DNA of 27,062 bases from Pseudomonadota bacterium (GTDB lineage: Bacteria > UBA10199 > 2-02-FULL-44-16 > JAAZCA01): positions 1 to 27,062 of the forward strand of contig JBDRBN010000002.1 of NCBI GenBank assembly GCA_043822785.1. Direction: 5' to 3'. Positions within the stretch are counted from its first letter, which is position 1. Each line of letters opens with the position of its first letter. Positions 20,144-27,062 of the stretch are shown piece by piece. The translations under genes were made by a program, and so were the position numbers. The notes under the pieces were generated by a model. It saw only the letters and a program-made list of their open reading frames with translations. It did not search any database and was not told the DNA's origin.

Positions 20144-20165
20144 AATAGAGCTTATATGAGTTTTT

Positions 20166-20200
20166 GCTGTTAGCTGTAGGCTGATAGCTGTAAGCTGCAT
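20166..20200. repeat. Degenerate heptamer array, 5 units, inverted relative to 20057-20143
   Basis: GCTGTTA GCTGTAG GCTGATA GCTGTAA GCTGCAT, abutting the thiS stop. Confidence 0.85.
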
Positions 20201-20404
20201 TTATCCTCCACCTATTGCGCGGATCACATCAACTTTGTCGCCGAATTCGACGATGTGTGTTTCGTGGTTTTCGCGAGACACAATTGTGCCGTTCACTGCA
20301 ACAGCTGTTCCAGCAATTGGAATACCGAGTTCATCAAGGAGGTTAGAAAGAGTAGTGCTATCTGCTATTTCACGCTCGTTTCCGTTTAGGATTATTTGTG
20401 GCAT
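20201..20404 (-). CDS. thiS: Sulfur carrier protein ThiS
   Basis: Start moved to ATG 20404 (GGAG RBS); IILNG, AVAVNG, C-terminal IGGG. Confidence 0.95.
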   Translation of the reverse strand: MPQIILNGNEREIADSTTLSNLLDELGIPIAGTAVAVNGTIVSRENHETHIVEFGDKVDVIRAIGGG

Positions 20405-20427
20405 TTGAGTTCTCCATGGTTTTACAT

Positions 20428-20549
20428 CCATTTTCTATTTTCCAGAAGAATGGCCGACCTTAAAAGCAGAAAATAGATAATTGAAAATGGAAAATAGAGG
20501 AAGAAAAATGGCCTCCCCTTCGGTCGGCCATTCTTCTTGCACCCCTAGC
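20428..20549 (-). promoter_or_regulatory. Structured thi leader: TPP-riboswitch-like 5' end, 16-bp inverted repeat, AAAATRG heptamers
   Basis: The - strand begins GCTAGGGGTGC followed by a hairpin; perfect IR 20444-20459/20522-20537; CUGAGA and ACCUGA aptamer motifs are absent. Confidence 0.4.
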
Positions 20550-20559
20550 AGTATTAATT

Positions 20560-20588
20560 CGCATAGCAGGGAAAAATAAGGGTGTCAA
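20560..20588 (-). promoter_or_regulatory. Putative sigma70 promoter of the thi operon
   Basis: TTGACA-N17-TATGCG with an extended -10 TG; the predicted start falls just upstream of GCTAGGGGTGC. Confidence 0.5.
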
Positions 20589-20631
20589 ATGGCGAAAGAT
20601 ATGGCTATAAGCACCGCTTAAAGAGGAATCT

Positions 20632-21675
20632 ATGTCTATCACAGCAGTTCAAGCAAGCATGATCCAAAACGCTGCCACTGGCCTTCAAAGATCTCTTTTT
20701 GCCATGGGCAGTGGTATATACCCCACAAAGGTAACCAATCCACACGGGATTCTTTTTAGAGATGAATCAGACCTGATGTCTGAATCTCCGCCGGTACTTA
20801 CTTTTTTGAACATTCCGGGACTTGCCCATGAAGGCCAAAGGCTTTATTCAAGCCTCACATATGGCCCTGAGCTTTACCCAAATGGTCGCGAGCCCTTTGC
20901 AATGGTTCAAAGGCGTCTGCAACAAGCAACGAAATTGGCAAGCGGCCGCGCTGAGTTAGTATTAAAGGAGAGCCACAGGTCAGTCGATTTCATATTCATT
21001 AGCAACATTCAAAGGGCCGCTGAACGTGTCTTAAGTAGAAGCGATCCTTCGATTGGTCTGCTTCGCTCTGCTGTTATACTGTTAAGTGTTCCGCAACAAA
21101 ATGGCCGTTTTAGACACTTAGTTGAACAAGCCAGGGACCAGCTTGAAGAAGCAGCTGAACTTAAAAATGTTGGGCCTGATGCCAAGGCATTGCTTTATGG
21201 AACAGCGTGGGCTGCACACCAGAGAATCCTTTCCTGTATAAAGAAAAAAGACAGAAGAGGATATCGGGAATATTGGGGAATGTTTGATGTGCTGGGCGAA
21301 AAAGTGATTGGGGCATGGCAGAGCGCGCTCATGCCAGAGCCTATAATGGATGATGCTTATCGTATATTGGGTGGTCTGCACGCCTGCATGAGTCGTAGGC
21401 AATACGCTAGGATGATTCCGTTTCTTGCACGATTGAGCGAGCTCTTTCCAGATATTGCTTCTGAAAATAAACTGCGCATGGCATGGGCTATGCTTGCCCA
21501 AGCTCATGAGGCCAATTCTGAAACAGATGCTAAAAAGGCCTTGGCATCTGCACGTAAACAAATAGGAGATGCGCTTTCAACACTAAAACACGATGAACGC
21601 TATTCACCATACCTGGATGATTTAAAAGAGCAGATGAAACAAATAGGCCGGATGGTAAGAAGAATTAATACTTAG
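20632..21675 (+). CDS. Hypothetical protein, mostly alpha-helical
   Basis: 347-aa ORF with GAGGA RBS that fills the gap; no motif recognised; its stop overlaps the convergent gene's stop. Confidence 0.75.
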   Translation: MSITAVQASMIQNAATGLQRSLFAMGSGIYPTKVTNPHGILFRDESDLMSESPPVLTFLNIPGLAHEGQRLYSSLTYGPELYPNGREPFAMVQRRLQQATKLASGRAELVLKESHRSVDFIFISNIQRAAERVLSRSDPSIGLLRSAVILLSVPQQNGRFRHLVEQARDQLEEAAELKNVGPDAKALLYGTAWAAHQRILSCIKKKDRRGYREYWGMFDVLGEKVIGAWQSALMPEPIMDDAYRILGGLHACMSRRQYARMIPFLARLSELFPDIASENKLRMAWAMLAQAHEANSETDAKKALASARKQIGDALSTLKHDERYSPYLDDLKEQMKQIGRMVRRINT

Positions 21676-22484
21676 GCCACGTGAATATGCCTTACCTTTG
21701 AGCTCTCTGTGCCTGGTTCCTGCACAAATTCTTCGCCAGGTTTAAGTGCACAAATCTTATCAGCAAGATCAGGGCGCTCTTCTATTATCTTCTTAAGCCA
21801 TTTCATGGGTGAGTCAGGATTTTCTAGAGATAAGCGGAAGGTTCCGTGATGGATGGGAATCATGTGCGCAGCACCCAGATCTTCAAAAGCATTAACTGCC
21901 TCGGCAGGGGTCATGTGTTTCTTGTGCATAAGCCACCTTGGCTCATAACTGCCGATGGGAAGAATTGCCAAATCAATACGTCCTAAATTTCCAGTTTCCC
22001 TAAAGTGGGGGCCATAAGCTGAATCAGCGCAAAAAAAGATGCATGAATCTGATTCTGGCCTGCGTATGAGGTATGCATTCGACCTTGAAGGCCCAAAGTC
22101 AACAAAATGGCTTTGCGCATGGATTACAGGGGCAGCGGTTATCTCTGTGCCGTCTGCCAGCTCGTGTGTGGAAAAATGGCTGAGCTCGATAACAGGGTTT
22201 GATAAAAACTGGCCCACAGCGCGCTCACAGCCCTCTGGCACGATGATGGGAACGCCACACGATATGAATTTATAGCTGGAAATGTTTAGGTGATCGCAGT
22301 GAGTGTGGCTGAGCAGAATGCACGAGGGTTCAGGCAGTCTGCCAGGGTTTATTGGCAGGGCATGCCTTCTTTTTGCCAATAGAGTTCTCTTTCCAAAGTG
22401 GGGGTCAGTTAGAATCGTAGTGCCTGCCATACGGATTATGGTTGTGGCATGGCCTATGTATGTACATGAAATCTTTCCGTTCAT
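21672..22484 (-). CDS. Metallo-beta-lactamase-fold hydrolase (UlaG/RomA-like)
   Basis: YIGHAT, ILTDP, SHTHCDH (HxHxDH), LPIGSYEP, IPIHHGTF. Confidence 0.9.
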   Translation of the reverse strand: MNGKISCTYIGHATTIIRMAGTTILTDPHFGKRTLLAKRRHALPINPGRLPEPSCILLSHTHCDHLNISSYKFISCGVPIIVPEGCERAVGQFLSNPVIELSHFSTHELADGTEITAAPVIHAQSHFVDFGPSRSNAYLIRRPESDSCIFFCADSAYGPHFRETGNLGRIDLAILPIGSYEPRWLMHKKHMTPAEAVNAFEDLGAAHMIPIHHGTFRLSLENPDSPMKWLKKIIEERPDLADKICALKPGEEFVQEPGTESSKVRHIHVA

Positions 22485-22533
22485 AGGTTGCGCCTTTTAC
22501 GTGCCAGGCAACCTGATTGCAATTAAATTCTCA

Positions 22534-22572
22534 GTCCTGAGCGAGGCCGGTCTGGGCCGGCGAGTCGAAGGA
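22534..22572. repeat. Small TCCTGAGC...GTCGAAGGA-type element with internal hairpin
   Basis: GTCCTGAGCGAG-GCCGG-TCTGGG-CCGGC-GAGTCGAAGGA; single copy here, recognised by resemblance to common intergenic repeats. Confidence 0.5.
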
Positions 22573-22601
22573 TTGACAAGCCGTGGGGGCGCTGTTAGAA
22601 G
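22573..22601 (+). promoter_or_regulatory. Putative sigma70 promoter of alr-mlaEFD
   Basis: TTGACA-N17-TAGAAG with an extended -10 TG. Confidence 0.5.
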
Positions 22602-22636
22602 CACGCACTCACAATTATCCGAAAAGATTAAGAATT

Positions 22637-23803
22637 ATGATTATCAACGGTTCTTCCAGAATGCTCTTTCGCCCTGCGTGGGCAACCGTGGATCTTGATG
22701 CGCTCGCCCACAACTACTCAGTGCTCAAAAACCATATTCCGCCTGAGATCGGGATTATGGCTATGGTAAAAGCCGATGCCTATGGGCACGGGGCTGTAGC
22801 TGTATCCCGGGTTCTTGAAGAAGCAGGCGTTCGTTCGCTTGGCGTAGCTACTGTGGAAGAGGGCGTAGAGCTTCGAGATGCTGGCATAAAAGTTTCTATA
22901 CTTGTGATGTGCGGGCTCATGGGCGAAGGTTCGCCAGCATCTAAAAGAATGATAGAAGCAGATCTTACCCCGGTAATTCATTCCAGCGGTGCGCTGGATT
23001 CTCTTGAACAAGCAGCCACAAACGCAGGGCGGAGCGTTGACGTGCACCTCAAGATAGACAGCGGCATGAGTAGATTAGGCGTTCGCCCTGAAGCGCTGGG
23101 TCCGGTGCTTAAGCGGCTAAAAGATAGCCCGCACATAAGGGTCGAGGGCGTGATGACCCATCTGGCAGATGCTGGAGAGGAAGAAACTTGTAACAAACAG
23201 ATGCAGGAGTTTATTCCATGCAAGGGTGTAATCGAAAATGAGCTCGGCCCTATTAAAATTTGGCATGTTGCAAATAGTTCTGCTCTTTTAAGGGGTTGGC
23301 CCCTTGAAGTTGAAGGAGCAGGTGAGTGTTGGGCAAGGCCAGGACTCGCACTTTTTGGTGAATGCGATCTTGATCATCCTCTTCGCTCCAAGATTAAGCC
23401 AGTGATGGGCATTGAGAGCAGGGTCATGCTTCTTAAGACAGTGCCTGCAGGCACTGGCGTAAGCTATGGCTGCACATTTACGACTAAGCGAAAGACACGC
23501 CTAGGTGTTGTACCTATCGGTTATGCAGATGGATATCCGTGGTCAGCGTCTGGTAAGGCACAGGTACTGATAAGAGGTGAATGGGCACCAGTAGTTGGGC
23601 GCGTTACAATGGATATGATAATGATCGATGTAACAGATGTGCAAGGCGTTTCAGTAGGCGATGAGGTTGTGCTGCTTGGGCCTCAGCAAGAGGCAACGAT
23701 TACGGTAGGTGAGCTGGCAAAGTGGGCTGGCACCATACCTTATGAAATATTATGCCGAGTCTCAAAACGCATGCCAAGAATTTATATTGGCGAGAAAGGT
23801 TAA
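22637..23803 (+). CDS. alr: Alanine racemase
   Basis: AMVKADAYGHG (PLP lysine), HLKIDSGMSRLG, MTHLA, IGYADG, VVGRVTMD, GTIPYEI. The start could also be ATG 22661. Confidence 0.95.
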   Translation: MIINGSSRMLFRPAWATVDLDALAHNYSVLKNHIPPEIGIMAMVKADAYGHGAVAVSRVLEEAGVRSLGVATVEEGVELRDAGIKVSILVMCGLMGEGSPASKRMIEADLTPVIHSSGALDSLEQAATNAGRSVDVHLKIDSGMSRLGVRPEALGPVLKRLKDSPHIRVEGVMTHLADAGEEETCNKQMQEFIPCKGVIENELGPIKIWHVANSSALLRGWPLEVEGAGECWARPGLALFGECDLDHPLRSKIKPVMGIESRVMLLKTVPAGTGVSYGCTFTTKRKTRLGVVPIGYADGYPWSASGKAQVLIRGEWAPVVGRVTMDMIMIDVTDVQGVSVGDEVVLLGPQQEATITVGELAKWAGTIPYEILCRVSKRMPRIYIGEKG

Positions 23804-23810
23804 AGAATAA

Positions 23811-23859
23811 TCACTGGTCACTGGTCACTGGTCACTGGTCACTGGTTACTGGTCACTGA
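23811..23859. repeat. Heptamer array, 7 units of TCACTGG including one TTACTGG variant and a final TCACTGA
   Basis: Read directly; reverse complement of the 4988-5031 array; ends 3 nt before the mlaE start. Confidence 0.95.
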
Positions 23860-23862
23860 ATT

Positions 23863-24669
23863 ATGGAAGCAGTTCTTAACATAGTCACGCCCTGGGTTAC
23901 ATTTTTAGGGCATAAGGTCACAGCTGTGATGCGCGAGCTGGGCAGATGGTGTTCCTTTGTCTGGCAAACGCTAGAGTGGACTGTGCGCCCTCCATTCAGA
24001 GCAGATCAATTTATAAAGCAGATGGAGTTCGTGGGCGTAAAGTCCACCTGGATCATCTCGCTCACCGCCCTTTTTACAGGCGCGGTGTTTGCGCTTCAAG
24101 CTGGCAAGGTGTACGCGCTCTTTAACATGGAAAGCATGGTGGGCGCTACTGTTGGCCTATCGCTTACCAGAGAGATGGCACCGGTGTTTGCCGCGCTCAT
24201 GGTCACGGCTAGGGCATGCTCTGCCATGGCTGCAGAGCTTGGCACCATGAGGGTAACCGAGCAGATAGATGCGCTTGAGGCCATGGCTGTAAATCCCATC
24301 CAGTACCTGGTAGTTCCGCGCGTGGTAGCGTGTACGATCATGGTGCCGCTTCTCACCATGCTATATAACTTCGTGGGTGTTATTGGATCCTACTTAGTAG
24401 GAATTTATCTGCTCGGAATAAACGAAGGCCCGTTCATGAATCGGCTCTATTATTATGTAGATGCTGATGACATCTGGGGAGGGCTGATCAAGGCAGCGAT
24501 CTTTGGATTTTTGATTGCTGCTATAAGCTGTTACATGGGATTTTCTACAAGAAGAGGTGCAAAGGGAGTGGGGCGCGCCACAACGCGTTCTGTTGTCGTA
24601 TCCGCTGTCACGATACTGATTACCGATTATTTTCTGACGACGTGGATATTGGAATTTATTGCTGACTAA
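23863..24669 (+). CDS. mlaE: MlaE-family ABC permease
   Basis: REMAPV, AAELGTMRVTEQIDALE, YLVVPR, GAKGVGRATTRSVV. Confidence 0.93.
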   Translation: MEAVLNIVTPWVTFLGHKVTAVMRELGRWCSFVWQTLEWTVRPPFRADQFIKQMEFVGVKSTWIISLTALFTGAVFALQAGKVYALFNMESMVGATVGLSLTREMAPVFAALMVTARACSAMAAELGTMRVTEQIDALEAMAVNPIQYLVVPRVVACTIMVPLLTMLYNFVGVIGSYLVGIYLLGINEGPFMNRLYYYVDADDIWGGLIKAAIFGFLIAAISCYMGFSTRRGAKGVGRATTRSVVVSAVTILITDYFLTTWILEFIAD

Positions 24670-24675
24670 ATTAAG

Positions 24676-24703
24676 GCGAGAAAGGCGAGACAAGCGAGAC
24701 AGG
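24676..24703. repeat. 9-nt tandem array, 3 units (GCGAGAMAR)
   Basis: Identical to 9263-9290. Confidence 0.9.
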
Positions 24704-24751
24704 TAACGGAACAAGCAACGTTCAATCCTTTTTACGAGATACGGTTTATTA

Positions 24752-25534
24752 ATGATTGAGATAAAAAACGTCTATAAATCATTTCGCGGCCAGGTAGTGC
24801 TTAAGGGAATAGATCTTATAATCCCTACGGCCAAAATTACTGTCATCATAGGTCCGTCTGGCACTGGAAAGACTGTACTTCTCAGGCACATCATTGGCCT
24901 TATCAAGCCAGACCGAGGACGCGTAATCGTAGATGGAACCGATATTAGCACTCTCACTAGCAAGGATCTCAACGAGTTTAGGCAGCGCTTTGGCATGCTG
25001 TTTCAAAACGCAGCGCTCTTTGATTCTCTTTCTGTTACTGAAAACGTAGCTTTTCCTCTTGTAGAGAGCATGCGCAAAACTCCAAGACCCAACATTGATG
25101 TTAACAAGGTTGTTGAATCCAAGCTAAGGCTTGTGGGTCTGGATGGCACTGGATATAAGATGCCGTCTGAGCTTTCTGGTGGCATGAGAAAGAGGGTGGG
25201 CCTTGCCCGAGCCATTGTTTTAGAACCTTCCATCATTCTCTACGATGAGCCTACAACGGGGCTAGATCCCATCATGACCGTAGCTATTGACAACCTGATT
25301 TTGTCCATGCAACAAGAACTAAATATCACCTCGGTTGTCATAAGCCACGATATTGATTCGGCATTTCGAGTTGCAGATCAGATTGCTATGATTCACGACG
25401 GACGCATCATAGAGTGCAGTGCCCCAGAAGAATTTAAGCGGTCGAAGAATCCTGCGGTTCGAGAATTTCTCGATGCAGGCTTGGGTGACGGTCAAAGGGG
25501 GAGGGCAGTTGATATTAAGAACAAATACGACTGA
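24752..25534 (+). CDS. mlaF: MlaF-family ABC ATPase
   Basis: GPSGTGKT, LFQNAALFDS, LSGGMRKRVGLARA, LYDEPTTGLDP, SHD. Confidence 0.93.
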   Translation: MIEIKNVYKSFRGQVVLKGIDLIIPTAKITVIIGPSGTGKTVLLRHIIGLIKPDRGRVIVDGTDISTLTSKDLNEFRQRFGMLFQNAALFDSLSVTENVAFPLVESMRKTPRPNIDVNKVVESKLRLVGLDGTGYKMPSELSGGMRKRVGLARAIVLEPSIILYDEPTTGLDPIMTVAIDNLILSMQQELNITSVVISHDIDSAFRVADQIAMIHDGRIIECSAPEEFKRSKNPAVREFLDAGLGDGQRGRAVDIKNKYD

Positions 25535-26879
25535 ATTCAAAGTCGGAATTTTTGCTGCGATAGTCATCATGCTTTTGGTGTGGGCTACCATTCGTGTGGG
25601 CGATAAGACTGCTGTTCATGGCGGGGGATATAAGCTCAAGGTAGTGTTTTCAAATGCCACTGGCCTTAAGCTCAAGGCGCCTGTGGAGCTTGCGGGCGTG
25701 GATGTAGGCGTTGTGAAAGACGTCGAGCTTATGGATTCGCGCGAGGCGCTGGTCACGCTCCTCATATCCGATAAGGTAAAACTTCCGGATGACAGCACTG
25801 CTATCTTAAGAACACGAGGGTTTTTGGGCGAAACTTATGTAGAGATTGTCCCAGGCACTATGGGAAACCCCATTTTGCAGGAGGACAGCCAAATTCCATA
25901 CGCGCTGCGTACTGGTGACATCAATTCGCTTGTGAGCCAGTTCAATCAAATAGCTGAAGACATCAAGCACGTAACTGGCTCGCTTCGTACGATGGTAGGC
26001 GATGACGAAACAGCTCCTATAAATCGCATCGTCACTAATCTCGATCAATTTACGCAATCGATTCGTGATCTCACTATTCGCAACTCGGACAACGTTGATC
26101 GCATAAGCGAGAATTTAGCAGCGATGACCGAACAGCTTCGTGGCGTAATTGAAAGAGGACAGCATGATATAGAGGAGTCCATGGAGCGCATAGCCTCGAT
26201 CACGCGCAAAGTTGACGAGGGCAAGGGCACCATAGGTCGGCTTGTGAATGATGAGGAGACCGTAGATAAGTTAAATGAAGCTGTGGACAATCTCAACCAG
26301 GCGCTGGGCGGATACAAGAGGCTTGAGGCAGAGGTCGGTTATCATATGGAGTATCTTGGCAGAACCAATGACTTTAAAAACTATGTTGATCTAACGCTTC
26401 GGCCTTCGCCTGACAAGGCGTTCATGATAGGTGTGGTTTCAGACCCCAACCCCAACCCCAGCCATACGGTGCGCACAACTGATGTGACAGTTGGCAACAA
26501 CACCACACAGGTGGTTACAGATACAGGAACTATCGAGCGCAATAAGCTTCGGTGGTCAGCGCAGCTTGCAAAAAGTTTTTATGACTTCACCGTACGCGGC
26601 GGTCTCATCGAGTCCACAGGCGGCGTGGGTCTGGATTATGATAAGGGTCCGTTTGGCCTTAAGTTCTCTGCATTTGATTTTCAAACGCGCTATAGCGAGC
26701 GGCCGCATCTTAAAATCATGGCTGATCTCGACATAACCAAAAACTTTTACATCCTTGGCGGAGCAGACGACTTCATAGCTAGAGGCGACAGAAAAGATTG
26801 GTTTATTGGCGCAGGATTTAGATTTGTAGATGAGGATATAAAGAGCGTAGGGAGAATGGGTGGAAGTTTAGTAAAATAG
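25509..26879 (+). CDS. mlaD: Long MlaD/MCE protein with helical stalk and beta-strand-rich C-terminus
   Basis: Likely TTG start 25509 after GGAGG; EFKVG plus TM helix, MCE domain (GLKLKAPVELAGVDVG, GFLGETYVEI), helical repeats, GKGTIGRLVND, amphipathic strands ending WFIGAGFRF. Confidence 0.88.
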   Translation: MILRTNTTEFKVGIFAAIVIMLLVWATIRVGDKTAVHGGGYKLKVVFSNATGLKLKAPVELAGVDVGVVKDVELMDSREALVTLLISDKVKLPDDSTAILRTRGFLGETYVEIVPGTMGNPILQEDSQIPYALRTGDINSLVSQFNQIAEDIKHVTGSLRTMVGDDETAPINRIVTNLDQFTQSIRDLTIRNSDNVDRISENLAAMTEQLRGVIERGQHDIEESMERIASITRKVDEGKGTIGRLVNDEETVDKLNEAVDNLNQALGGYKRLEAEVGYHMEYLGRTNDFKNYVDLTLRPSPDKAFMIGVVSDPNPNPSHTVRTTDVTVGNNTTQVVTDTGTIERNKLRWSAQLAKSFYDFTVRGGLIESTGGVGLDYDKGPFGLKFSAFDFQTRYSERPHLKIMADLDITKNFYILGGADDFIARGDRKDWFIGAGFRFVDEDIKSVGRMGGSLVK

Positions 26880-26993
26880 TTGTATAAGATGATGAAGGAT
26901 CTTCTCTAAAATCTAATCTCCAATTTCCACTGCTGTCGCGTTAGAGGTGTTAACTGGTTGAAATATAAGAATTCATTTTTCTCATGTCTAGGT

Positions 26994-27062
26994 GTCATTG
27001 CGAGGAGCGTTTAGCGACGAAGCAATCTCCCGCAAACACAGGTTATAAGGGGATTGCTTCGC
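26994..27062. repeat. Palindromic intergenic element, copy 6 (cut by window end)
   Basis: GTCATTGCGAG...GACGAAGCAATCTC...GGGATTGCTTCGC. Confidence 0.9.

Noticed and set aside
20057..20200. Tandem arrays as a CRISPR array
   Set aside because: Units are 7-9 nt with no unique spacers, and there are no cas genes in the window.
26951..26963. IHF-like TAACTGGTTGAAA after mlaD
   Set aside because: One mismatch in AT-rich DNA and no visible target promoter within the window.

Overview
Bacterial chromosomal window, mostly housekeeping genes; the gene set suggests a diderm, possibly deltaproteobacteria-like organism (inference). Left to right: the apparent 5' end of a group II intron on the - strand (1-138, cut by the window edge); purB-purS-purQ-purL-purF plus an extended SDR; three accessory predicted lipoproteins (FG-GAP repeat, Ig-like, Ig plus beta-helix), two sharing a sigma54-type promoter module and N-terminal motif; on the - strand thiS-thiG-thiH-thiC, a FlhG/MinD ATPase, a membrane protein, a PlsC-type acyltransferase and pgi; an orphan helical protein; an MBL-fold hydrolase; and alr-mlaE-mlaF-mlaD, where MlaD is long with a beta-barrel-like C-terminus. 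The most unusual signal is non-coding. Most sizeable intergenic gaps, including those inside operons, hold repeats: six GTCATYGCGAG...CTCGCAATGAC palindromic elements with compensatory changes, 7-nt tandem arrays (some as inverted pairs, some supplying stop codons), 9-nt GCGAGAMAR arrays, and one TCCTGAGC...GTCGAAGGA element. The thi leader looks like a TPP riboswitch whose 3' half has been replaced by repeats. All calls were made by eye; no database searches were run.
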